A model generated the notes under the pieces. The model made no database searches. It had not been told where the DNA came from and saw only the letters and a program-made list of their open reading frames with translations. From Chrysochromulina tobinii (taxonomy: Eukaryota), in contig JWZX01003370.1 of assembly GCA_001275005.1 (NCBI GenBank), positions 1-47,303 on the forward strand: a stretch of DNA of 47,303 nucleotides. Direction: 5' to 3'. How positions within the stretch are numbered: position 1 is the first letter of the stretch; each line of letters begins with the position of its first letter. The translations under genes were made by a program, and so were the position numbers. Shown in pieces: positions 32,501 to 43,045 of the stretch.

Positions 32501-32814
32501 AGCGCGCCGTACGCGATGAGGAAGGGCCGCATCTGCTTGGGCGGCTGTGAGGGTTCCGGGCTGCTGATGAGCGCGTCCGGAAGGCGCACTCGTGCCACGA
32601 AGCTGCTGTCCTTGAGCGTATCAGCTATACCACGAAGAGCCCCTGCCGTCGTGTGCAGCAGCATGCGCAGCTGCCGCGAGACGGCCTTCAGCCGATCCGA
32701 GGTCTCCTCGAGCTGGCCGCGAGACACGTTGCACAGCTGCGTCTCCGAACTGGCGAGCGCCCGCGCGAGCTTGACCTGCAGCTGCGCTTGCGCGGTCGAT
32801 TTATCCATCATCAT
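23751..32814 (-). CDS. Giant GAPVD1-like protein: RasGAP-like / degenerate VPS9 / RasGAP-like / SH3-like / PDZ / VPS9 / UBA / 2 zinc ribbons; exons 32814-27475, 27342-24336, 24175-23751
   Basis: YLRMLPGGGAWLQAALG..APRGLR occurs twice. PDZ GPLGITV..PGGAADRSGQLRVGDHI; VPS9 PQAKLRC..SADDFLP; UBA LVEMGFPRFQASAALRDAGGD; CxxC pairs at the C-terminus. Both GT-AG introns keep the frame. Confidence 0.82.
24176..24335 (-). repeat. Intron with (gaggtcatca)-type 10-mer repeats and a 26-bp duplication of the next exon start
   Basis: ggcctcgagctcgtcgagcgacttac is identical at 24150-24175 and 24310-24335. Confidence 0.9.
26375..26500. repeat. Coding 12-mer tandem repeat (gggagatccgtt)~10 encoding SPNG repeats
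   Basis: Directly visible; in frame in the RasGAP-VPS9 gene. Confidence 0.92.
27343..27474 (-). repeat. Intron with (ggcaatcagw) 10-mer repeats and a diverged duplication of the next exon start
   Basis: The intron 5' end reads VLGTALLTGGP and the next exon reads VLETALLKEGP. Confidence 0.85.
28036..28083 (-). repeat. (GCTGACGAA)5 coding repeat (ADEADE)
   Basis: Same 9-mer as at 8892-8923, again on the sense strand of its host gene. Confidence 0.9.
29527..29587 (-). repeat. (GAGGAC)10 coding microsatellite, poly-ED
   Basis: Directly visible, near the boundary between the two RasGAP-VPS9 halves. Confidence 0.9.
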
Positions 32815-33016
32815 GATGATGCTCAGAGAGATTCGGGTTCCCTCGTGTCCGATCCCTCCGAGCTAGCGAATGATCCACAAGTGTGCTCCGCGTGGCGCCA
32901 TTGCCCATGTATTTTCACATCTATGAGGCCACGTGAGCTGCTGACTTCCGCAGCGAAACCGCCAGCAGGAACACGGAACTTCGACGCGAGGTTGCCCCGC
33001 GCAGGGACGTGCGATA

Positions 33017-34231
33017 ATGGAGACTAAGCCGCTGCCGCCGTCGCCGGCTGCGAAGCCGATGCCGCCGTCTCCGGCTGAGAGCCAGCGTTCGTCGACCAAT
33101 TCGATCGAGCCAGCCTCCCCGATGGTTTCGGGCAGCCGCTCAGTCTCCGGCGGGAGTGTCGCGGGCGACACTCCGAATAGCCGCGCAAAGCCTGAGGCGT
33201 TGCTGCCCTCGCCGCCGCCGTCCGATGGAACGGTCCAGTCGTCCATTGTGGAGGCACTGCGCGTGCAGGTCGCCCAGCTGCAGAGCCGCCTGCGCGCGTC
33301 GGAAGCCAGAGTGGCGATGTGGGAGGAGTGTATGCAGCACATGTGCCAAAGCGTCATGTTCAGCCCAGACATGAACGAAACGTACAAGGACACCTGTGTA
33401 TCTCTGCTGCGCGATGTGAGCCCGCCCCCACACCCCATCCAGCTGGCGCGTGCACCGCGCCCACCCGCCGCCCCGAGCCGCGCTCGCTCACGGGTCCTCG
33501 GGGCAACTCGTGCCCTCTCTCTCTCGCGTGTGCAGGCGCTCTCTACCGTCGATCAGGTGACTGCGGTGCGCTTCGTGGACTGCTCCTTCCCGTCGGTGCC
33601 CTCGGAGGCGCCGCACATCCAGCTCGAGCGATGGGAGTCGATGCAAGACTCCGAGTGGACCCTCCGCTGGGCTCCGTCGTGGAGCGTGCAGGTTGCCTTC
33701 GAGGGCTCACACTACATCACCTTCTCGATGATCATGCGGCTCTTCGACTTCCGCATGTCGGGGCGCATGAAGGTGCGCATGGCCAACGACATCAGCAGCG
33801 TCTCCATCTCCTTCGTCCAGCCGCCCAAGCTGCGCCTCAAGACGGAGTGCTCGGTGTCGTGGGGCTCTGTGCCTCTGCCGCTGCAAACGTACATCGAGAC
33901 TGTCGTACAGGTGAGATAGCTCGACCGCCCTCCGCGCCCCTTGACCCTCTTGTCCCCCCGCCCCCCCCGCCGCCCAACACCTGCGCCCCTCCCACCCATC
34001 CTCTGATATGGGCCATCATCTCCCACTGACCTCGGTCGCTCTCGCAATCTCGTCTTAATCTCGTAGGACGAGATGCACCGATGGATTCGTCAGAACGCGG
34101 TGGCGCCACACGAGATGCAGATCCGCCCATCGGCCTTCCAGCCCAAGAAAGGCCTGACCGACGCGGACGTTGAGAGAGCGCGCAAAGCCGTCGAGCTTGC
34201 AAGGTCGCTCTCTGGTATGAGCACCAGCTGA
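33017..34231 (+). CDS. SMP/TULIP lipid-binding domain protein; exons 33017-33415, 33536-33910, 34067-34231
   Basis: Beta-rich FRMSGRMKVRM..ISFVQPPKLRLKTE..SVPLPLQTYIETVVQ|DEMHRWIRQNAVAP is typical of SMP domains. Two phase-0 GT-AG introns; the first is 120 bp and stop-free. Confidence 0.7.
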
Positions 34232-34757
34232 GAGTTTGGGGCTACACACCACCGAGGCAGCGCCAGCGGCGGCGGAGAGCAGACGCCGGCGGAGCGCGCG
34301 CTGCTGCGCTGCGCTCCGCCACTGCTTCGGGGCGCACGAGCGCCCTGGCTGGCCGGGAGGCGGCGAGATCCTCGTGCGGGCAGAGCTGAGAGTGCGCGGA
34401 ACGCCGCGCCCAGATCGCCGGAGAGTTCTGCACGCGTGGCGGCGCTGCCCGACGCTTATTCGGAAAACAGGGGCGACGGCCGCGGTGCCCAGCCTAGTTC
34501 TGCATGCACGGCAGGTTCTGCAGGTTCGACGTGCGAGTGAGTCGTGTGAGTGCGGTTGGTCGTCACGGGCGCGTGGCGGACCGATACAATTGGCGTTTTT
34601 GCGCTGCCACGTGTGGCCGCTAGAGTGTCTCTTTGTCAAATAGTTTCATTGTTGTTTGCATGTGATACATGTGCTGGGCGGCGTGCGGACGCACCCGGGT
34701 ACGATCCACGAACACAGTTCCACAAGAAAAACACAACTCACGGGGGTCGGAAGCGAA

Positions 34758-35240
34758 TCAGAAATTTCCCCGGCCGTAGCCAAAGTCAAAGGCGCCGAAG
34801 GCGTACGCGAGGAAGAAGAGCAAGAAGGGCACGGCGGCGAGGTAGTACACGCCTGTGAGAGGATGGGACAGTTGATGGGACAGTTGGCAAGCTGTTTGAG
34901 GAGAGAGCCGGCAAGCCTAACCCCCAAAGCATGCGGGCAGTGAGGGGGGAAAAGATCGCACACCTCCAACGTTGGCGAGGTCAACCTCACCATTTTCGGC
35001 GATATTGTCATTCGCATCGAACCGCCACGCTGGCTTGCTGACGGTGTCTATCTCATCATCGTAGAACCCACCAGATTTGCCGCCCGCCTTACCCTTAGCG
35101 CCGGCCTTGGGCGGAGCATCCTTCTTCTTCCCAAACTGCATGCTCGGTGTGATTGAGCGGGATGCAGCCGGAAGGCGAACGTGCCCAGCCGAGAAGGCGG
35201 ACGCAGACGCAGTGAGCATCGTCACGAGAAGGGTCTGCAT
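34758..35240 (-). CDS. Small plastid-targeted single-TM protein; exons 35240-34964, 34852-34758
   Basis: Signal peptide ending ASA-F plus a transit peptide. Intron 34853-34963 joins NVGG to VYYLAAVPFLLFFLAYAFGAFDFGYGRGNF*. Confidence 0.8.
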
Positions 35241-35401
35241 CGGACGAGTGAGTGAGATCGGCGGAGGAGAAAGTTGAGAAAGGGTCAGTTGAATCGACAC
35301 ACAAGGTACCGACCAGCCACTACCACACGAAACACAGGACAGACGGGCGCTGTCACCGCGGTCGCGTCGCTCGGTGGACTAACACACCGGCGAGGAACTG
35401 T

Positions 35402-36297
35402 ACTTTGCCACGAGCGCCCCAAGATTTCGGAAACTATAGCGAACTCATTTGTCAAATCTCTGCTTGCTTTATTCAAACTTCTGAACAAAACTTCTGAACA
35501 GAAGCGGACACACCCATGTTGACTAAACTCTTCCATCATATCCGATACATGTTTGAATTCCCGACCAAACTGAAATCGACTTCCGACCTACAGTACTGTA
35601 CCTCATCAGCATCCGGTGCTCTCATGCCGCCTTGCGCCTTCGAACTTTGGAATGTTGGGGGGTACGACGTGAACCACTGCATCTGCGGATGCAAGGGCGA
35701 AAATGAAGGCCTTTGCTTCTTCGGGAACCACTGTTGCGCGAGTGACGAGCCGTGCATCAAAATCGGATGCATGGAGTTCAACAAGGAGAAAGGTGAGTGC
35801 TGGAAGTGGGGCTGCGGCTGCTACTCGTTCGGCTGTAAGGTGCCACAGAACGGCATTGGCGTCAGCGGCTGGGAGCGCGGCTGTTGCTGCTTTGGCGCTA
35901 CGGCTTGCGGCTGCATGGCCCCGCTCAAGGAAGTGCCGGTGAAGTTGAATGACGAGAATTGGGCGAAGACTGCGGAGATGGCTCGTGTCTAGCATGGAGC
36001 TCTGGATGCGGACGCGGTGAGCCGGCCATGCGGAAGCCCTGGCGACGCCGTACGCTCACACACACAAGTACGTTGGCTTATACCGTTCAAGAGCGGTCGC
36101 CGGCCACTTAGGGCCGCCCGCCTGTGTCAAGCGCGACCTCCATAAGGCGCATCTCCAACACATCGGTTGTCTTCATCCGGATCCCTTTGGCGTCTCACAC
36201 CTGCTCCATGTGATGCTTGAAGAACGAATGGGCACCCATGCCGTTCCGTTGGCTGCGTGAATGGGGTATGGGCATGGCGGGGGCCTCTATCCACGGG
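35402..36297 (+). repeat. Repeat unit copy 1 (3'-truncated)
   Basis: Starts actttgccacgagcgcccaag as at 45993. Contains cttgctttattcaaa..tctgaacagaagcggac, the Cys-rich ORF and the shared downstream sequence. Confidence 0.92.
35624..35992 (+). CDS. 122-aa cysteine-rich protein, copy 1
   Basis: MPPCAFELW...EMARV; intact in all three copies with no indels or stops. Confidence 0.7.
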   Translation: MPPCAFELWNVGGYDVNHCICGCKGENEGLCFFGNHCCASDEPCIKIGCMEFNKEKGECWKWGCGCYSFGCKVPQNGIGVSGWERGCCCFGATACGCMAPLKEVPVKLNDENWAKTAEMARV

Positions 36298-36695
36298 AGA
36301 GGCACGCGTTCTCCATCTGAAACTTTGCCATGTGCTGACCAAGATTTGTCAATTCTAACACTTGCTTTATTCAAATCTAAACAAAAACCTCTCCGAATCT
36401 CATGTTACCCTTCAGGACCGTTGCTATGTGCGAGCCGGCGAGGGCGCTGTTAAGGGCGCTGTATGTTCGTCGCCATCGGGCGACCGTGCACGCTTTAGAT
36501 CCGGGACGGCGAGGTCCCGCGTTCAACGTTAGGATTCCTATTGGGCCCTTTGTGGCCCGGCGTGCGCGGTGGCCGCTTCCGGGCCGACTTGAGCCAATTC
36601 TCTGGCATCTCAAATGAAAGTGCAAAGTCTGAACAGAAGCGGACTCGGATTCACACATATTGACGAAACTCTTCTATCAAATCCGATACATTTAC

Positions 36696-36977
36696 CGTTA
36701 CGGAGGGGCAACTCCTCCCGTGACGATAGTGTAAATGATGTGGCCTTCCCCATATCTCTTGTGTGTGTGTGTGCATACGTACGCAGAGCGTACTGGTACA
36801 TATGGCACAGTGGCACAGTGCCCGCTGTGTGGGGAATTAGAGGGAACGTGTCGTCAGGTTCGCGAGTCTTTCTCTGTGCAGATTGGCTTGCTCGAGCCCG
36901 TGTGTTGTACGAGGCCTGCGGTGTTGACCCGCAAGCAGTGTAGCTGATTGCCTGACAATCAGTCAAGGAACGTAACG
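36696..36977. mobile_element. MITE-like insertion, 282 bp, 7-bp TIR, 5-bp TSD
   Basis: tttac|cgttacg...cgtaacg|tttac; absent from the equivalent site in copies 1 and 3. Confidence 0.7.
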
Positions 36978-37045
36978 TTTACCGAACCAAAACTGAAACG
37001 CCGCTTCGGCTTCCGCTTCCGACCTCATCCGCACCCGGTGCTCTC

Positions 37046-37414
37046 ATGCCGCCTTGCGCCTTCGAAGTTTGGAATGTTGGGGGATACGATGTGAACCACT
37101 GCATCCGCGGATGCAAGGGCGAGAATGACTGCTGTTGCGTCTTCGGGAACCACTGTTGCGCGAGTGACGAGCCGTGCATCCATATCGGAAGCATGGAGCC
37201 CAACAAGGAGAATGGTGAGTGCTGGAAGTGGGGCTGCGGCTGCTACTCGTTCGGCTGTAAGGTGCCGCAGAAGAGCATTGGCGTCAGCGGCTGGGAGCGC
37301 GGCTGTTGCTGCTTTGGCGCTATGGCTTGCGGCTGGATGGCCCCCAGCAAGGAAGTGCCGGTGAAGTTGAATGACGAGAAGTGGGGGAAGACTGCGGAGA
37401 TGGCTCGTGTCTAG
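37046..37414 (+). CDS. 122-aa cysteine-rich protein, copy 2
   Basis: Paralog of 35624-35992. Confidence 0.7.
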   Translation: MPPCAFEVWNVGGYDVNHCIRGCKGENDCCCVFGNHCCASDEPCIHIGSMEPNKENGECWKWGCGCYSFGCKVPQKSIGVSGWERGCCCFGAMACGWMAPSKEVPVKLNDEKWGKTAEMARV

Positions 37415-38558
37415 CATGGAGCTCTGGATGCGGACGCGGTGAGCCGGCCATGCGGAAGCCCTGACGACGCCGTACGCTCACACACAAGTACGTTGGCTTA
37501 TACCGTTCAAGAGCGGTCAACGGCATGGGTGCCCATTCGTTCTTCAAGCATCACATGGAGCAGGTGTGAGACGCCAAAGGGATCCGGATGAAGACAACCG
37601 ATCGGATGTGTTGGAGATGCGCCTTATGGAGGTCGCGCTTGACACAGGCGGGCGGCCCTAAGTGGCCGACCTGTTGGCTGCGTGAATGGGGTATGGGCAT
37701 GGCGGGGGCCTCTATCCGGGGGACTAGCGCATAGCGGACGACCCTAGCCACGTACAGTGACTCGTCGGGGCGTCTCGAGGTCTCCGCGCGTCGCGACGGG
37801 TCCTGCTCGATCGTCGATTATAGAGATACTGTTGCTATCGTCCGAAACACACCCGGTCCCAACTAATCCACCCACGCACAGTCTCAGCTCCCTCGTGTCA
37901 CACCCTCACGCCTCAGCTTTCTCGGCGCTTCCCCCAAGCGGCTTTCCCGTTTCCGCCACATGCCATCTCAACCGACACCGATGCTTGGCCCCAGAATGGC
38001 ACATGGTGGCACCGCCCGCCGGACACCACTCACGACGCGAGCGCCTTGGAGAGCGCGCGCGGACGACCTGGGGTTGGGCGACGGATCAACACCTATACAT
38101 GACTCCAGCCCTCGCGCGGCCGCGGCGCGCGTCGCCCTCACCGCTGGCACCGCCCGTCGCCGCTTGCGCCGGCGCAACAGAATGCACCCTGACTGCTACT
38201 GCCCGGCACGGCGCCGTCCATCGTTTCCCACAGGCGCCGTGATGGGCGCCGTGCTCATGGCACCGCCCGCCGGACACACCTCACGACGTGCGTGACTTCA
38301 GTACCACGCGAGAGCGAATGAGACGCTCGCATTGCACAATGGACGGGTTCACCAACACCATCGCCGGCGATCCGGACAGCAATCCATCCAGGATCATGTA
38401 CCCATGCTCCTTGCACCCATGCACACACCCAACATGTAGGTTCGTACCCCGCCCTCAGTCCCACCCCAGAGGCCGTTGGCGTTGACCGTTGTGGTTCCGT
38501 TTCGGCGCCTCCCCCATTCCCCCCTGCCCTTTCTTCTCTTCCCTACGGCATCGATGGC

Positions 38559-40545
38559 TCATGCGTTGAGAGAGTCAGAGTGGGAGGGGTCCGAGATGTG
38601 CGAGTTCTTCACCTGGCCAGAGAACTCGTAGCAGCCGAACATCTTGAAGTTCACCTCGGCATAATGGAAGTTCGTGTCATAAATGGGCAGGTTCAAGGCC
38701 TGCACCCCAGTAATGTCGGGAGTCCAAATATAGTCGGGCTGGCCGATGGTCGCCTTACGCACCCGGATGTGCGCTTTTTGATTGAGCCACTCATCAGCTT
38801 TCGTGACCATCGAGAAGAGCCCGTTGCGCTCGTGCTGGTTGTCAAACGCGACGTTGTACCCATGAAACCCATGAACTGGATAGCAGCAGCAGACGGGCGC
38901 GCAGCATGGCCAGCACGCGACGCACTTGGTCGCCTTCGCTGCGAAGTCATCCCACGGCCTGGGCTTCCACTTTCCACGATGCTCAATGACGTCGTCCACC
39001 AATTGAGCGAGCTCCTTACCGGTGGCCTTACCGGGGTCGCCCACGATTTCCCCATTTGAAGCTTTAATCTTAATCGTCACCTCTTCGCCTTTGAGGGCAG
39101 CGACTAGGTTCGCGAAACCTTGTTGAGTGTCCTCGTGTTCGATGACGACCACGTGGGACTTCCCCAGCATCTCAAGGTAGTGAGGCGGGCTAGCATCGAA
39201 TGCACTCCACCGATAGATACTCATCAACGGATAGCACAGCTTGCACCCGGCAGATGCATAGACCTGAAACAAAAGTGTGGTCGAAGGATGTCAGTAGGCT
39301 GCGGAAGCGGGAGGGCGAAGGACCGAGAGGTGACCAGAAAAGCGCTCGCACCTCATCGAGGTTGCGCCGGCGTTCCAAGAAATCCATTTCGAAGTCCTGG
39401 CCTGGTCCATACTTTGGAAAGTACTTGCCATCCGGGCCCTTGATGCACTTGCGGATCACCACAACCGGGCTCTGCGACTGCGCAGCCTTCGCAATGGCCA
39501 GGGAGTACAACATCGCCCAGATCCGCTTGCCTTTGTTGCCGTGCTCATCTTCCTCTGGAAGGCTCTTAATAAACTTGAGGGCCCTCTCCGGGTCTCCTTC
39601 ATACGAGATGCTCATTTTGTTTGCGCCCACTTTCTGCTTGTGCTCCAAGTATTTCCTCACGTCCGCGAGGTAAGACTCCTCGTTCGGGTCGAAGAGTACG
39701 TCATGCGCCCTGTCGCCCTGCGTGTTTTTGTTGCCCTTCCCGCCGCTCCTTATGATGTCGGCAACGAGACCCGAGATTGCCTTGCCCGCGTCCTTAAAAG
39801 GGGATCCATCAATTGAGATCTTTGCATCTCCGAATGCATTTGGTCCGGTCTGGTAGTACGATGAGATGACGGTGTTCGCGCCCATACGCCCCCAGGAGGC
39901 ATCAGACTGAAGCATTTTCTTCAGCACAGTCTGCAAGCGTTCGACTCCGAGCTCTTTGGCCTTTTGGGGGGTCTCGGACACCACGTCGCGCAAGAGCATC
40001 CAGAGGTTCTGCAGCTCAACGGCGTGCTCATGCTTTGGCGGATGCTTTGGCGGATGAAATCCTGCCGCACTGGAACCTCCATTTATCTTGTCGTTGAGCA
40101 TGTAGCCAATCAGGCGCTTCGCCTCGGGACCGGGAATCGTGAGGTCGGGCACTCCTCCGTGGCCCTGGCCCACGAATCTTTCCCCAGCCGTCGCAAGCAT
40201 GTTGGATACCCAGTCGTTGCTCACGACCACCTCGTACGCATCCGTTTCTGGCTCCATCTCGCACTTGATGCAAATCTCCTTGCACAGATACTTGTACTGA
40301 AATTCGGTGTCCATCAGGCAGCAGCAGAAAACTTTGACGAACTGGTAAGGAATATAGCGCCAGGGCATGTTTACCCAACCCTTCGGGGCGGAGAAGCAGA
40401 AAAACGCGCACATGAGATTATGCTTTGCCCAGGATAGTGCGTCCTGCTCCTCCTTATCATATTCGGCAAACGTCTGCGAATGGCCGAGCTGCCAGTCACG
40501 CGCCATCGACTGTGGAAGTGGAGGCGGCATGCGTTCTTTCAACAT
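38559..40545 (-). CDS. Hypothetical protein with a putative TIR-like domain and Cys clusters; exons 40545-39352, 39263-38559
   Basis: Phase-0 GT-AG intron 39264-39351 joins two ORFs. MSISYEG..W...Y..AIAKA..S..VVVI..Y..GQDFEMDFL resembles the TIR betaA/alphaB-betaC/alphaC pattern. Confidence 0.7.
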
Positions 40546-40804
40546 GCGACCAGTCTGGAGGCCCGCGCACCCAGGCGCCGTGGCGCAAATTCTGCGCGGC
40601 CGAAACACGCCGACGGCGTTGGCGGTCGCAAACACCGACGGCGTTGGCGGGTTTGGGCCCGAAGTTGCGTGATAGTTTGAGACAGTTACACCTCTCAGGC
40701 GCTCAGGTGAAACCCGGCTCCGCCCGTGTGACGATTTGACCAATACGTATGCCTAACCGCCACAGCGCGCGTTCACGCCTGGCCGCGTCGCAGCCGACGC
40801 AACG

Positions 40805-42502
40805 ATGGAGCAGGCACCCTTTTCCCAAGTCATGGAGCGCGAGGCCAAGCAGGAGTCGGTTGCCGCCGGCAAGGCCCGCAGCGGCCCCGCCTCTCGTGGA
40901 AAGCCGCTCGTCCAGTCGCAAGAGGAGGCCGTGGAGTTTGGCCAGAGGTTCTGGAGCCAGAAAGACAGTGAGGGGAAGCCGCTCGACGGCGGCGAGTTCT
41001 TCAAGCCGGAGAAAATGTACTCGCTGATCAGCCAGGGGAGCAACGGCAGCCCCGCGCCCGTGCGGCTCCTCCGCCTCTCGTGGCTGCTCAAACAGGCCCG
41101 CCGCCGTGCGGTGCTGCCATGCCGGCAGGATCTCGAAGGATCTCCCGAAGCGGAGGAGGCGTTCCTGTCGGTGGAGGAGGTGAGCAAGCTCCCGCGCGGG
41201 CACGTGGGAGACGCCTTTGAGACCTGCGGCTGCTGTATGACGGCTGACAAGCGCGCCGACAAGCCACTCCGCATCATCGCCATCTCTTACGGGTGGCTCA
41301 CGGCCGAGCACCCGGACCCGGACGGCGAGCAGCTGAGGCGCTTCGCCACGCAGATCGAGCGCGAGCGGCAGTGCTGCCCGGGAGGCTGGGGCGAAGTCGG
41401 CTACTTGTTGTTCTGGAACGCTCTCTGTCTCGGCTTCTGTGCTGGCTACTGCTGCTGCGTCATCCCATGCAGGGGCCAGCAGTGCGGCGAGTCGGCGCAA
41501 CAGCTCCCATCGGGCGAGTTTGGCGTCTTCTACGAGTGAGTGATTGCTCGCTCTCTCTCGCCCGCCCCGCCGCCCATTCCCTCGCACGACCCCCCTCCCC
41601 CTCCCCCCTGCCCCCCTCAAAGCAGCCACTCGCCGCCGCCGCAGCCCCCCCTTGCGCCTCTCCATGTGCGCCGCGCCGCCCACGACGGAGTGGCCCGGCG
41701 TTGCAACCTCGGCGCGCTCACGCGCCCTGATTGTGTGCGTGCCGTCCTCGATGCGCGCAGCTGGGGCAGCCTGCACCAAAAGGACGCCGACGGGAAGCGG
41801 ACGGAGCCCGAGCAAGCCGCCTTCGACATCGCGCTGGAGACCATGAACACGTGGTACGCCCACCGGCTGACGACGACGGTGATCCTGAGCGAGCTGCCCC
41901 CGGGCTGGCCGCGCTCGGCCGAGACCGCGCCCTTCTTCCCCGAGGGCTGGCTCCGAGGTAAGGGGTGGCCGTCGTTTGAGCGCGCCGTGAGCGGCATGAT
42001 CAAGAGGGGGACAAGTTACTCCTTTCGGCGCATCGTCGACCCCGCTGTGCCGCGCGGCCTCAGCGGCGGGTACCGCGCGCCTCCGATGCACCCGCGCGAG
42101 TTTGCTGTCGAGCTGTCGCGCAAGGTCTTCACCAAGGGCGTTGACTGCAAGAGGGTTGCGGGGCTGTACGCCGACGCATTCTGCGCCGCGCTCGGCGAGG
42201 CGCGGGTGCTCGAGTTTCGCGACCTCGAGTGGAAAGACGCGGACGCGGAGGCGTTCGCAAAGGTGCTGCCGCTCCTGCGGCGTGTCGAGACTCTCGACTT
42301 GAGTTTTAATAAGATCGGCACGCGCGGGTTTGCGGCGCTGGCGGCGGCGATCCGCGAGGGCGCGGCGGAGAAGCTCAAGGTATTCGTCTTCAATTCGCCC
42401 TATGTCGGCGATTCGCCCGCGCTGAAGGAGGCGTGCAAAGCGCGCGAGATCTCGACGCCGTCAGTTGTGTCTTCTGAGTTGTGTCTGTTGAGTTGTGTCT
42501 GA
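40805..42502 (+). CDS. HET-like domain + C-terminal RI-like LRRs; exons 40805-41535, 41761-42502
   Basis: AISYGWLTAEHPDPDGEQL; intron 41536-41760 restores GVFYDWGSLHQ; M..WYAH and KGWPSFERAVS follow. LRR LETLDLSFNKIG-like (VETLDLSFNKIGTRGFAALAAAI). Confidence 0.82.
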
Positions 42503-42640
42503 GTTTCGAATGGCGTCCATGCTCTGAACGTCGTCGTCGCACTCACACCTCGCTCACGCAGTGTGCGCCCCCCCGACCTGACCACCGTTCGTAAAACTCA
42601 CCGTCCAACCGCGCGTACTATAGTCATAGTACCGACTATG

Positions 42641-42958
42641 CTAGCACGTAGCAGTGCCAGTGGCACCGCCCGCGGCCGCGGGACACCTCACGACGTGCGT
42701 ACTTGATCAGTGCCACGCGAGAGCAAATGAGACGCTCGCGTCGCACGGTGGACAGGCTGTCCAACACCATCGCCGGCGATCCGGACAGCAATCCATCCAG
42801 GATCATGTACCCATGCTCCTTGCACCCACATGCACACAGCACACACCCAACATGTAGGTTCATACCCCACCCTCAGTCCCACCCCAGCGGCCGTTGGCGT
42901 TGCCCGTTGGGGTTCCGTTTCGGCGCCTCCCCCATTCCCCCCTGCCCTTTCTTCTCTC
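42641..42958 (+). repeat. Internally deleted partial copy of the repeat-unit tail
   Basis: ctagcacgtagcagtg resembles 37745-37758, then 42661-42958 matches 38258-38540 (ccaacaccatcgccggcgatccggacagcaatccatccaggatcatgtacccatgctccttgcaccca). Confidence 0.9.
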
Positions 42959-43045
42959 TGTCTCTCTATGTCTCACCATGAACAGTGTGACGTAGTAGTA
43001 GGAAATCGTGGGCACACTAAATTCTTCAGAGCGCTGAGCCACCCA

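Larger units (their letters stand above)
36322..38540 (+). repeat. Repeat unit copy 2 (longest, with two insertions in its 5' part)
   Basis: Colinear with 45993-47303; its tail 38258-38540 recurs at 42661-42958. Confidence 0.92.

Noticed and set aside
37757..38485. ORFs in the tail of the repeat unit
   Set aside because: Frames differ between copies 2, 3 and the partial copy; no recognisable protein features.
42615..42644. Helitron 3' end (catagt-accg-actatg hairpin followed by CTAG)
   Set aside because: The hairpin is AT-rich and abuts the CTAG, and the CTAG belongs to the repeat-unit homology. No matching 5' end or RepHel gene is seen.
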